A DNA stretch of 64,000 nt from an uncultured Methanosarcinales archaeon. GTDB lineage: Archaea > Nanobdellota > Nanobdellia > Woesearchaeales > ARS49. The stretch spans positions 16,271 through 80,270 of the forward strand of contig CAYIEN010000001.1 of the NCBI GenBank assembly GCA_964362535.1, written 5' to 3'. The notes below the pieces were generated by a model. It ran no database searches, had not been told where the DNA came from, and saw nothing but the letters and a program-made list of their open reading frames with translations. Position numbers and translations under genes: made by a program. The first letter of the stretch is position 1. Every line of letters starts with the position of its first letter. Below, one piece after another: positions 35,491-43,897 of this stretch.

Positions 35491-37944
35491 ATGCCAAACG
35501 CAACTGAACCTAGTCCAACCCAGAGAATCATCCCTCGCATCATTGAAGAGGAAATGAAGACTTCTTACCTCGCATATTCCATGAGCGTCATTGTTGGACG
35601 AGCGTTGCCTGACGCACGTGACGGCTTAAAACCCGTTCACCGCAGAGTTCTTTTCTCCATGCAGGAATTAGGCCTATTGCACAACAAATCTTTCCGTAAA
35701 AGCGCCAAAATCGTTGGAGAAGTCATGGGCAACTACCACCCGCACGGAGACTCTGCAATTTATGACACTCTCGTTCGTATGGCTCAAGAATTCTCCTTAC
35801 GATACCCTTTGGTTAATGGTCAAGGAAACTTCGGTTCTGTTGATGGGGATGGCGCCGCAGCAATGCGATACACCGAAGCACGCCTCACTGCGATTGCTGA
35901 AGAATTATTGGCAGATATTGACAAAGAAACTGTTCCTTTTGTTCCTAACTATGATAGCTCACGCAAAGAACCAAGCGTGTTGCCTTCTAAGTTGCCTAAC
36001 CTTTTGATTAATGGAAGCTCGGGCATCGCGGTCGGCATGGCAACCAACATTCCTCCGCACAACCTGCACGAAATTTGTGATGCGGTTATTTATTTGATTA
36101 AGAAACCTGCTGCTGATGCACTTGAATTGTTGCCACTTGTACACGGCCCGGACTTCCCTACTGGCGGAATAATTCTTGGCAAAAGTGGCATCCGTGATGC
36201 ATACGCAACCGGACGCGGCAAAATCACTGTGCGCGCAAAAGCAGTCATCGAAGAAGTCAAAAATAGAACACGCATTATAATTAACGAATTACCGTACCAA
36301 GTTAACAAAGCAGAATTGGTCGAAGAAATTGCCGACCTTGTTCGCGACAAAAAAGTCCAAGGCGTCACCGACCTTCGCGACGAAAGCGACCGCGACGGCA
36401 TGCGCGTCGTACTCGAACTTAAGCAGGGTGCGAACTCGGATGTTGTTCTCAATCAACTGTTCGCGCACACTCGAATGCAAACAACATTCGGCATCATCCA
36501 ACTCGCACTCGTCAAAAACCAACCCAAAGTATTGACACTCAAAGAACTCATTGTCGAATTCATTCTCCACCGCAAAGACGTCGTTCGCAAACGAACAACG
36601 TACGACTTGAAAGAAGCAGAAGCCAAGAACCACATTTTGGAAGGTCTCATTATTGCGTTGGACGATATTGACAACGCAATTGCCCTCATTAAAGCGAGCA
36701 AGTCCACCGAAATTGCCCGCAATGGCTTGATGAGCAAGTACAAACTTTCCGAATTACAGGCACAAGCAATCCTCGACATGAAGTTGCAAAAGCTTACGAG
36801 TCTCGAACAAAACAAAATCCGCGAAGAACAAGCAGAATTGCTGAAATTAATTATTGATTTGAAAGACATTCTTGCAAAAGAATCACGCATTCTCGCAATC
36901 ATCACAGACGAATTGACTGCGCTCAAGGAGAAATATGGTGACGAACGACGCACTCAAATCCTTGACAGCGAAGCAGGCGCAATTGATGATGAATCGTTGA
37001 TCAAGCCCGAAGACATGGTTGTTACCGTCACGCACGCAGGCTACGTCAAGCGTTTGCCCGTTGATACGTATAAACAACAGAACCGAGGCGGCAAAGGAAT
37101 CATCGCCACCGGCACCAAAGAAGAAGACTTTGTTGAAGATTTGTTTATTGCAAACACACGTTCGAGCATCCTGTTCTTCACCAACAAAGGAAAAGTCCAC
37201 TGGATCAAAGTCTACCAAGTCCCTGAAGCCTCACGCCAAGCAAAAGGAACAGCAATCGTCAACGTCTTACAGCTCGAAGAAGGCGAAAAAGTACAAACAT
37301 TCATTCCTATTCCTGAATTCGATGACAAAAAATATTTGTTCTTTGTCACACAAAAAGGAACCGTCAAGAAAACATCGCTTGCTGAATTTAGCAATCCTCG
37401 TAAAGGCGGAATCATTGCTCTCGGCATTGACGAAGGAGACAGCCTCGTTAGCGTGTTGTTGACCGATGGCAAACAAGACATCATTATTGCCACTCGCGAA
37501 GGAATGGCCATCAGATTCAATGAAGACGACGTACGTTCGATGGGTCGTACTGCGTTCGGCGTCATCGGTATCAAGCTCAAGGATGACATTGTTATTGAGG
37601 CAGTGCTCGCAGACCCCAAGAAAACACTCCTCAGCATCACCGAAAAAGGATACGGCAAACGAACACCCGTCGACGACTACCGATTGATCGGTCGCGGTGG
37701 CGTGGGCGTTATCAACTTCAACATCACTGATAAGACTGGCAAAGTCGTTGCTGTCAAGAGTGTTGATTTGGCAAACGAAATCATGCTGATTAGCAAGAAC
37801 GGAATTATTATTCGAACAACAGTCCAAGAAATTTCTGAAATCGGCAGAAATACGCAAGGCGTCCGAGTCATGCGATTGGATGACGGCGACGAAGTCATGA
37901 GCGCAGCACTCGTAGTCGAGAACGGCGAACCGAATGGCGAATAA
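35491..37944 (+). CDS. gyrA: DNA gyrase subunit A
   Basis: [20 protein letters not shown], active-site [10 protein letters not shown] and a C-terminal beta-pinwheel repeat region. The start is set at ATG 35491. No gyrB is in the window. Confidence 0.9.
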   Translation: MPNATEPSPTQRIIPRIIEEEMKTSYLAYSMSVIVGRALPDARDGLKPVHRRVLFSMQELGLLHNKSFRKSAKIVGEVMGNYHPHGDSAIYDTLVRMAQEFSLRYPLVNGQGNFGSVDGDGAAAMRYTEARLTAIAEELLADIDKETVPFVPNYDSSRKEPSVLPSKLPNLLINGSSGIAVGMATNIPPHNLHEICDAVIYLIKKPAADALELLPLVHGPDFPTGGIILGKSGIRDAYATGRGKITVRAKAVIEEVKNRTRIIINELPYQVNKAELVEEIADLVRDKKVQGVTDLRDESDRDGMRVVLELKQGANSDVVLNQLFAHTRMQTTFGIIQLALVKNQPKVLTLKELIVEFILHRKDVVRKRTTYDLKEAEAKNHILEGLIIALDDIDNAIALIKASKSTEIARNGLMSKYKLSELQAQAILDMKLQKLTSLEQNKIREEQAELLKLIIDLKDILAKESRILAIITDELTALKEKYGDERRTQILDSEAGAIDDESLIKPEDMVVTVTHAGYVKRLPVDTYKQQNRGGKGIIATGTKEEDFVEDLFIANTRSSILFFTNKGKVHWIKVYQVPEASRQAKGTAIVNVLQLEEGEKVQTFIPIPEFDDKKYLFFVTQKGTVKKTSLAEFSNPRKGGIIALGIDEGDSLVSVLLTDGKQDIIIATREGMAIRFNEDDVRSMGRTAFGVIGIKLKDDIVIEAVLADPKKTLLSITEKGYGKRTPVDDYRLIGRGGVGVINFNITDKTGKVVAVKSVDLANEIMLISKNGIIIRTTVQEISEIGRNTQGVRVMRLDDGDEVMSAALVVENGEPNGE

Positions 37945-39058
37945 ACTGCCCGGATTAGCCATCCCCCACAAAGGATGCGAAGACATCTGCGCAGCAGAAG
38001 CCAAAGATATTCTCGGCAACGGAACCGTCCAGCACGGTCTTGTCACCTTTGACTCAACACTTCTAGATATGTGTGCTTATACCTACCGAGCGCAAACACC
38101 CATTAAAGTTCTCCAATTGCTCTTTGACTTTCACATCACCGGCGACGTCCTTGCGGACTTCAAAAAACACGTCAAGCTTGAATTGATGTCTCGTGACGCA
38201 ACGTTTATCGTCCGCGCCATGAGCGACGCCGAAGAAGTCGAACGACAAGCACTCGAACAAGATGTCGGAGCTGTGCTTGCATCAACAGGCGCAAAAGTCC
38301 ACTTCAAACAACCCGACGTCACATACTACGCAATCATCCACCAAGGACACTTCTGGTTCTGCATCGATTTGACGGGCGAGGAGTTAGGACGACGAGACTA
38401 TCGTATCTTCCTTGGACAAAACGCATTGAAGGGAACACTTGCGGCGTCACTCGTGCGACTTTCGAATTATACTGCAGACCATTTGTTTCTTGATCCATTT
38501 TGCCGCGACGGCATTATTCCGATTGAGGCGGCGTTATTGATTAACAAGCAATCACCGCATATTTATGGCAAAGACAAATTTTTGTTCCGCAGATTGCCTC
38601 AATTGAAAACTACTGACTGGGAAAAGTTCTTTGACGCAATAGATAAAGACCGCGTTGAACGTGACGTGCGCATTCTTGCCATGGATCCCAATTTCGGAAG
38701 CATCAGTGGAGCCAAGAAAAATGCCAAGATTGCAGGCGTAACCAAGACAATCACTTTTTCACGCACAGATTTGGATTTTCTTGATGCAAAGTTCGGAAAG
38801 AAAGCCATCGATACGGTTGTGACGTATGTGCCCCAAGTTACTTCGGCATTACCGCAGATTAAAGCGGATGCCGTTATCAAAAACGTATTTTACCAAGCAG
38901 AATTCGTGATGAAAACCGGCGGAACTGCACTGTTCATTACGCAAACCTGCGTTGACGCCATCAAGAAATACGCTACCGAATTTAAGTTTGAATTAATCCA
39001 TGAACGCGTTGTTTACCAAGGACAGGCGATGCTGACCGTGTTTATTTTTAAGAGATAA
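37934..39058 (+). CDS. THUMP-domain RNA methyltransferase (Trm14/RlmL-like)
   Basis: An N-terminal THUMP-like region is followed by LDPFCRDGIIPIEAAL at the position of the SAM-binding motif I. Confidence 0.55.
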   Translation: MANKLPGLAIPHKGCEDICAAEAKDILGNGTVQHGLVTFDSTLLDMCAYTYRAQTPIKVLQLLFDFHITGDVLADFKKHVKLELMSRDATFIVRAMSDAEEVERQALEQDVGAVLASTGAKVHFKQPDVTYYAIIHQGHFWFCIDLTGEELGRRDYRIFLGQNALKGTLAASLVRLSNYTADHLFLDPFCRDGIIPIEAALLINKQSPHIYGKDKFLFRRLPQLKTTDWEKFFDAIDKDRVERDVRILAMDPNFGSISGAKKNAKIAGVTKTITFSRTDLDFLDAKFGKKAIDTVVTYVPQVTSALPQIKADAVIKNVFYQAEFVMKTGGTALFITQTCVDAIKKYATEFKFELIHERVVYQGQAMLTVFIFKR

Positions 39059-39091
39059 GTCAATCAATTCTGGTGCCTAACTATCGGAAGG

Positions 39092-39099
39092 TTTATAAA
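39092..39099 (+). promoter_or_regulatory. TATA box (TTTATAAA) for the downstream structured RNA
   Basis: Centred ~26 nt upstream of the first base of the terminal helix at 39122. Confidence 0.55.
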
Positions 39100-39121
39100 G
39101 GGCAAAAACTCGATTTTTATT

Positions 39122-39462
39122 GGTTGGGTGGGTAGTCTGCCGTCGGTGACGCAAGTCGCTGAGGAACGTCTTCCCTCCCTAGAAAAGGCCGCTCTCCGAG
39201 ATTCAGTAATGGATGGCAACGTCACAGAAACGACACGGCCCGCAACGCGCAAACCATGATGTCCCGAAGCAATCCGCGAGGATTTGTGAGTCCGGACTGA
39301 CGAGTGTTGTGGGAAACGATGAAACGGACAGCCCCGGCCGGTGCAAGGCTTCGAGCCGCTCAGTGGAATGCAGACACAGTCTATCCGTCCGTTAAACTCG
39401 GACAACGCTGGATATCAGCAAACGGAGACTGACAAAAGGAAGCGTACGCTCACCCAACCACC
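39122..39462 (+). ncRNA. rnpB: Structured ~340-nt RNA, most likely RNase P RNA
   Basis: Terminal helix GGUUGGGUG/CACCCAACC, a GCAA-capped hairpin (GUGAC GCAA GUCGC), then GAGGAACGUC (CR-I-like). ACAGAAA is at 39224 and GGUGCAAGGC at 39340. Own TATA box and T8 terminator. The only ORF is an antisense 113-aa shadow. Confidence 0.65.
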
Positions 39463-39470
39463 TTTTTTTT
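39463..39470 (+). terminator. T8 tract terminating the structured RNA
   Basis: TTTTTTTT lies directly after the 3' strand of the terminal helix. Confidence 0.6.
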
Positions 39471-39475
39471 CAGAA

Positions 39476-40000
39476 TTATCCTGTGCCGTGAAAATGTCCC
39501 TTATTTCTTTTCCACTTCAGAATAAAATGGGGCAAAATGAATCCGCACACATACATGATGCTGACCACCCACGGATTGTGCGTTGGCAAACCAACGCCAA
39601 CCGCGAATTTATTGCTCAATTGCACAATCATGTAAATATTGATTAAAGCAATTGCGGGAATAAACAGTTCAGGAATAATCAAGTGCGCTCGGCGCAAATG
39701 TTCGATTTCTCTGATGACGACATCCATCAATGTGCCGAACGCAACCGCGAGAACCGCAACCGTGACAACTAAAGACAAATCATCAAACGCTAACAAAATA
39801 GGAATAAACACAAGACTCAAAATAAAATTGCCGATGATGGCAGACAAAAGAATGCCCCAGTAGACGACTTCATCCAAGAACTTAATCGCGTCGCTCTTGA
39901 CTGCGTTTGCCGACTGCAGAATTGCAGCAGCCTTATTGACTTGGTGCGGTTGCCAGCCCTGCGCAGCCATTGAACTACGTATTTCTTGAACGGTTGCCAT
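39476..40000 (-). CDS. Small polytopic membrane protein (4 TM), last gene of the MinD-type operon
   Basis: 174 aa with a ~40-aa cytoplasmic N-terminus and four hydrophobic helices. Its start overlaps the MinD-like stop (TAATG). Confidence 0.55.
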   Translation of the reverse strand: MATVQEIRSSMAAQGWQPHQVNKAAAILQSANAVKSDAIKFLDEVVYWGILLSAIIGNFILSLVFIPILLAFDDLSLVVTVAVLAVAFGTLMDVVIREIEHLRRAHLIIPELFIPAIALINIYMIVQLSNKFAVGVGLPTHNPWVVSIMYVCGFILPHFILKWKRNKGHFHGTG

Positions 40001-40704
40001 TAGTTAATCCACAACGCAGCAAGCTTCTTCATTGCTTGCGACGCTTTACAATCAGGATGACTATACGTAAACGGGTGACGAACAGCTTGGGCTTCGCTGA
40101 CATGCGCATCATTCGGAATGCTCGCCAGCACCGGAACTTCAAGAAGTGCTTGAATGTTTGAAGCGGCGATTTCATGCGAGTGCTGACCAATTCGGTTGAT
40201 GATGACCCCTTTGACTGGCGTTTTGAGTGCTTGACAACGCTTGATAAGTTTCAACGCATCAATAATTGCGGGTAATTCTGGAGTCGTCACAACAACAACT
40301 TCGTCCGCAATGGCTAATGCAGCAAGCGTTTCCTGAGAAATACCTGACGCGCAATCCAGAACAATCTGCGGCGATAACGATGCGACCAACGAAGGAATCT
40401 TCAGCAAATCTCGTTGTTTGCCTTGCGTCGCGTGCTTCAGCGCAAGAAGTCCCGGAATAACTTTCAACCCACTCGGCGCGTGATGATACACCGCGTCATT
40501 CAACTTCGTCGGATCGTCAAGAGCGTCCTGCAAACCAACAGGAACATTCGGCGTACCGAGATGTATTCCCACGTTCGGCAAGGACATATGTGCGTCGATC
40601 AATGTTGTATCAAGCCCGTGCTCAACAAAACTTGCCCCTAAAGAAATCGCGAGCGTCGTAACGCCTGTGCCGCCCTTCCCTGACGCGATTGCGAGAATGC
40701 TCAT
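40000..40704 (-). CDS. MinD/ParA-family P-loop ATPase (archaeal MinD-like)
   Basis: Deviant Walker A motif ASGKGGTGVTT in a 234-aa protein. Confidence 0.8.
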   Translation of the reverse strand: MSILAIASGKGGTGVTTLAISLGASFVEHGLDTTLIDAHMSLPNVGIHLGTPNVPVGLQDALDDPTKLNDAVYHHAPSGLKVIPGLLALKHATQGKQRDLLKIPSLVASLSPQIVLDCASGISQETLAALAIADEVVVVTTPELPAIIDALKLIKRCQALKTPVKGVIINRIGQHSHEIAASNIQALLEVPVLASIPNDAHVSEAQAVRHPFTYSHPDCKASQAMKKLAALWIN

Positions 40705-41186
40705 GGTTCTTCTTTGCCGAGTGTTTCCCTAATAATCTTGTCAATGAGCACCATGCATTCCTTCATGCGCTCAAAATAATCCGTAATGATATCAATATCA
40801 ATCTCAACTTCTTCCTTCGTGTCCAGCGTCGCGGTCATCGTAACGTGTCGACGGAATTCCTGACTGCGCTTGAACTTTGCCTTGTCAACCTTCTTGAGGA
40901 ACGTGTAGAGCTCGAGATAATTCAGGAGTTCTTGATTGTCCTTGAACAATGCCTTTGTCTGCTCAAGTTTGATACGCGGCAATGTCGGGACAACTTCAAT
41001 TTTCTTTTTGTCCTTCGCATACTTCATCAAAGATTCCATGCCGAAATCCATCGCGTCAATCAATCTCTGGACGACATGCTTGATGACATCGACTGTACGC
41101 GTATACTTCAAGCTCACGCTAATCAGATGGTCAGCGCGCTTCATTTCCGCTCTCGCGTTAAACAGGGATTCGTGCATGGTCTTCAC
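40701..41186 (-). CDS. Helical protein of unknown function, paralog 2 (161 aa)
   Basis: ADHLISVSLKYTRTVDVIKHVVQRLIDAMDFGMESL aligns with ANHLLGRTYPMVNDSRILLAVAKEIHAAAISGMSAL of the upstream gene. ATGA overlap with the MinD-like gene. Confidence 0.55.
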   Translation of the reverse strand: MKTMHESLFNARAEMKRADHLISVSLKYTRTVDVIKHVVQRLIDAMDFGMESLMKYAKDKKKIEVVPTLPRIKLEQTKALFKDNQELLNYLELYTFLKKVDKAKFKRSQEFRRHVTMTATLDTKEEVEIDIDIITDYFERMKECMVLIDKIIRETLGKEEP

Positions 41187-41643
41187 TCACAACTTTCTCG
41201 ACATCCGCAACAAATCCGCGGACACCACTCATGAATTTCTTCAAACTATCAACCGTGACACTTGTTAACTTGTAATCCTTATCACACAACACAAAACGAT
41301 CCGGCTTCGAAAACTCGACCGGAGCCTTTTCATGCAACACCATCAATTCCTGCAACTGTGCCACCGTTTTGTGGTGCGCTGCGGAAATCTTGTGCTGTTC
41401 CAACGATTCTTCCAACAATTCCAAACGACTATCCATATCTTTCACTAATGCAGGAATGCGTCGCGCTTTCAAATCCTGCTCCAACAACGCGGACATGCCT
41501 GAAATTGCCGCCGCATGGATTTCCTTCGCAACCGCGAGCAAAATCCGTGAATCATTCACCATCGGATATGTGCGCCCCAATAGGTGATTTGCCACGCCTA
41601 ATCGCTGCTGAGCATCCGCAAGGTAGTTTGGAGTGGCGCGCAT
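41158..41643 (-). CDS. Helical protein of unknown function, paralog 1 (161 aa)
   Basis: Same length and the same N- and C-terminal pattern as 40701..41186. First gene of the operon. Confidence 0.55.
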   Translation of the reverse strand: MRATPNYLADAQQRLGVANHLLGRTYPMVNDSRILLAVAKEIHAAAISGMSALLEQDLKARRIPALVKDMDSRLELLEESLEQHKISAAHHKTVAQLQELMVLHEKAPVEFSKPDRFVLCDKDYKLTSVTVDSLKKFMSGVRGFVADVEKVVSEDHARIPV

Positions 41644-41691
41644 ACACCTCGAAAGAAGTGAGAACTATATAAATACTACACAGAATTCTCG

Positions 41692-42030
41692 TTATTCCTG
41701 CAATTCCAGAATGGCAGCCGCCAAATCGCCATGATGCTTCTGAATCGCCTCAGTCACGATTTCACGGCTCTTGCCTGTCTGTTCCATGACCGTTTTTACA
41801 TCATCCAAGGTCAGTTCGGGAGCGTTGTTCAGGGCGCGTTCAACGATTTCGCCGCTGATTTGGAACGTTTCTTGACCCATCATGTTGACCTTCGCAACAC
41901 TCGGGTTTTGGATGACCAATTCTTTATCCTGCAATTTGATAATGACTTCCGTCGCGTCAAGATCGACCTGCGTCATGCCAAGACGCTTCATCGCCTTTTG
42001 CATATCCCTCGGGTTAATACCAGGAATCAT
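41692..42030 (-). CDS. nac: Nascent polypeptide-associated complex protein (NAC domain + UBA)
   Basis: MIPGINPRDMQKAMKRLGM...EVIIKL...LVI..P.V..V.MMGQETFQI.G plus a C-terminal UBA-like ...AIQKHHGDLAAAILEL. The track ORF (to 42324) over-extends. Confidence 0.85.
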   Translation of the reverse strand: MIPGINPRDMQKAMKRLGMTQVDLDATEVIIKLQDKELVIQNPSVAKVNMMGQETFQISGEIVERALNNAPELTLDDVKTVMEQTGKSREIVTEAIQKHHGDLAAAILELQE

Positions 42031-42203
42031 GAGAAACCGAGCAATGTCTTGCCGTAAATATTCAACAGAATAATGACAATTGCGATAACAACCGCGAGCA
42101 CAACCACATGACCCGGACGCAACGTAATCTTGCTCGTCTGTTCGTCCGAAAATCGCATCAATCCAGCACCGCTGGACGGCATACGCGTTTGAGATTGGGC
42201 CAT
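42027..42203 (-). CDS. secG: Preprotein translocase subunit Sec61beta (58 aa), absent from the ORF track
   Basis: My translation is MAQSQTRMPSSGAGLMRFSDEQTSKITLRPGHVVVLAVVIAIVIILLNIYGKTLLGFS. SSGAGLMRF plus a C-terminal TM is the Sec61beta signature. Its stop overlaps the nac ATG (ATGA). Confidence 0.75.
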   Translation of the reverse strand: MAQSQTRMPSSGAGLMRFSDEQTSKITLRPGHVVVLAVVIAIVIILLNIYGKTLLGFS

Positions 42204-42225
42204 ACACTGAAGTTATGATGAAGGG

Positions 42226-42233
42226 TATAAAAA
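42226..42233 (-). promoter_or_regulatory. TATA-like box (minus strand TTTTTATA) ~26 nt upstream of the Sec61beta ATG; leaderless geometry
   Basis: The spacing matches that seen at rpl34e and at the two mini-pilin genes. Confidence 0.45.
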
Positions 42234-42270
42234 GGTTAGGGGCATTCGCTGATACGTTTGTGTTTATCGT

Positions 42271-42352
42271 GGCAACCTCCGCAGCGCGACGGCTGATGCC
42301 TACTCGCCACCCCGAATGGGGCAACCCCCGGCTCGCCGCGCGCGGAGTTGCC
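42271..42352. other. 82-nt G+C-rich imperfect long hairpin between divergent promoters (candidate small RNA, strand unresolved)
   Basis: 61 of 82 nt are G or C. Stems are GGCAAC/GTTGCC, TCCGC/GCGGA, GCGCG/CGCGC and CGG/TCG, with an apical CCCC-GAAT-GGGG mini-hairpin. TATA boxes and T5 tracts lie on both sides. Confidence 0.3.
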
Positions 42353-42480
42353 GTTTCTCATTCCTTTTTCCATAACCTTTATAAAGGGCCTGAAGGAAAC
42401 CACTAGTATAACCAAACGTTAACACCAGCTCGGGGTTGACAAATGCCACTTGAGGTTAGAAACATAGTGGCGGAGAACAC

Positions 42481-43080
42481 ATGAACGATAATCCATTGCT
42501 CGTCGCACAAGACCAATACTTGAAAGCAGGCATCCATATCGGAACCAAATTCCGAACCAAATACATGGAACCCTTCATCTACAAAACACGACCTGACGGT
42601 CTCAGCGTTTTGAACCTGCAAAAAATCGATGAACGACTTCGATTGGCAGCAAAATTCCTTTCCCAATACTCGCCGCAAGACGTTCTCGTCGTTTCTCGAC
42701 GCGAAAACGGTTGGAAAGCAGTTAAAGCATTCGGCAAACACACCGGCGTCAAAACATTCGCAGGCAGATATCCCCCTGGAATCTTGACCAACTCCGCACT
42801 TGACACCTTCATGGAAGTCAAATGCATCTTGGTCACCGACGCATGGCCCGACCGAAACGCCATCAAAGACGCACTCCTTATCGGAGTGCCCGTCATTGCA
42901 TTGTGTGACACGAACAACCAAGCAAACGAAATTGACTTGGTCGTCCCGTGTAACAACAAAGGCAAAAAGTCCTTGGGACTGTTGTTCTACATCCTCGCAC
43001 GAGAATACCTGCGCAACAGAAGCGCACTCGGCGCAGACCAAGAACCCCCGTTCACCATCGAAGAATTCACGGAAGAATAA
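42481..43080 (+). CDS. rps2: Ribosomal protein S2 (uS2)
   Basis: YLKAGIHIGTKFRTKYMEPFIYKTRPDGLSVLNLQKIDERL in a 199-aa protein. Confidence 0.9.
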   Translation: MNDNPLLVAQDQYLKAGIHIGTKFRTKYMEPFIYKTRPDGLSVLNLQKIDERLRLAAKFLSQYSPQDVLVVSRRENGWKAVKAFGKHTGVKTFAGRYPPGILTNSALDTFMEVKCILVTDAWPDRNAIKDALLIGVPVIALCDTNNQANEIDLVVPCNNKGKKSLGLLFYILAREYLRNRSALGADQEPPFTIEEFTEE

Positions 43081-43085
43081 ATCTG

Positions 43086-43124
43086 TTATTTTTCTTTTTT
43101 ATTTTCTTGTTCAGTTTTTTTTTA
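43086..43124. terminator. T-rich bidirectional terminator region between convergent rps2 and radB
   Basis: Runs TTATTTTTCTTTTTTATTTTC and GTTTTTTTTT lie in the 53-nt convergent spacer. Confidence 0.5.
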
Positions 43125-43133
43125 AATAAAGAA

Positions 43134-43817
43134 TCAAAACAACGAAAACCGTTTTTCTTTGACTTCGACAATTCCAGAATTAACAATAGCATAATTCGTG
43201 ATTTTTTCCGCAGGCATGCTTCTGTGCTTTTTCAGGACGGCTCTACGGGCGTTCGGTGTGATTTGCAACTCGATTAAGCACTTGCTTGCGTATCGCAACA
43301 AATCGCCACCCACCATCTGGATTTTGTCTCGTGAATCGAACAACGCATACACCTGATTCGTGATTAAAATAGGAATGTCTTTTTTCCGCGCAATTTCTGT
43401 CAGCAATGCGAGCTGCTTCCCCATCGCACGATTTACTTCAGGAGCGTCCTTCGGATTCAACTCAAGACGGTACAGCATCGCGACGCTATCCACCACAATC
43501 AGCCCCACATTTGTTCCGCTACGCAACTTTGAGAATGCTTCTTCCTGCTCTTTAAACGTCGTCGGCTTGTAAAAAATAACGTCTTTCAAAATATGCTCGT
43601 GATCTGGAGCGATCTGGGTGAGTCGTTCAACACTCATGCCTCCCTCCGTATCGATATAAATCACTTTTTTCCCCGAACGAACAACCCCAACTGTTGAGAG
43701 AAGCGCAATATTTGTCTTGCCCGCACCCGCCGGACCATACACCGTTGTTATGCAGCCCGAATCGAGACCCCCATCAAGAAACGCATCAAGAACCGCATTC
43801 CCCGTAGCCACCCTCAT
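43134..43817 (-). CDS. radB: RadB (RecA-superfamily ATPase)
   Basis: LD..L.GG...G.ITTVYGPAGAGKTN Walker A motif and LIVVDS Walker B motif in 227 aa. The start is set at MRVATGN. Confidence 0.75.
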   Translation of the reverse strand: MRVATGNAVLDAFLDGGLDSGCITTVYGPAGAGKTNIALLSTVGVVRSGKKVIYIDTEGGMSVERLTQIAPDHEHILKDVIFYKPTTFKEQEEAFSKLRSGTNVGLIVVDSVAMLYRLELNPKDAPEVNRAMGKQLALLTEIARKKDIPILITNQVYALFDSRDKIQMVGGDLLRYASKCLIELQITPNARRAVLKKHRSMPAEKITNYAIVNSGIVEVKEKRFSLF

Positions 43818-43897
43818 ATTTATTTCCGACCTCCGCACACTTTTATGTCTTTCGAGGCTACAGAAGCTATTTATAGTCACTTTTTGTTTTCAGCAGT

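Noticed and set aside
39064-39405. 113-aa minus-strand ORF from the track
   Set aside because: It lies entirely antisense within the promoter-to-terminator unit of the structured RNA (39122..39462). It has a Gly/Arg/Ser/Cys-rich composition typical of a G+C-rich RNA-gene shadow and no start context.
39122-39462. Alternative identity of the structured RNA as SRP (7S) RNA
   Set aside because: The size would fit. However, I could not find the helix-8 type ..GGUCAGG(U/C)CCGGAAGG(A/G)AGCAGC.. core. The 5' order of terminal helix, second helix, GNRA hairpin and GAGGAAcGUC is the RNase P layout. SRP is kept as the fallback hypothesis, to be settled by covariance models.
42031-42324. N-terminal 98 residues of the 210-aa track ORF 41692..42324
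   Set aside because: The conserved NAC domain starts at the internal ATG 42030. The upstream part runs out of frame through the Sec61beta gene, its promoter and the G+C-rich hairpin. Its sequence (..GSCGCARGCYRNCHYS..) looks non-coding.
42271-42352. G+C-rich hairpin as a tRNA, 5S rRNA, H/ACA or C/D box RNA
   Set aside because: GGCAACU/GGUUGCC could mimic an acceptor stem, but no D-arm or T-arm (no UUCRANY loop) can be drawn. There is no three-way junction or the loop C/E motifs of 5S rRNA. The 3' flank reads ACG, not ACA, directly after the stem, and the stem is too long and continuous for a pseudouridylation pocket. CUGA/UGAUG strings occur but not in C...D order with terminal pairing.
43134-43817. 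KaiC-like ATPase versus RadB for the RecA-superfamily gene
   Set aside because: It has a single ~227-aa RecA-like domain with an N-terminal LD..L.GG..G motif immediately before Walker A and no duplicated domain. RadB is the better fit, and KaiC-type is not excluded without a search.
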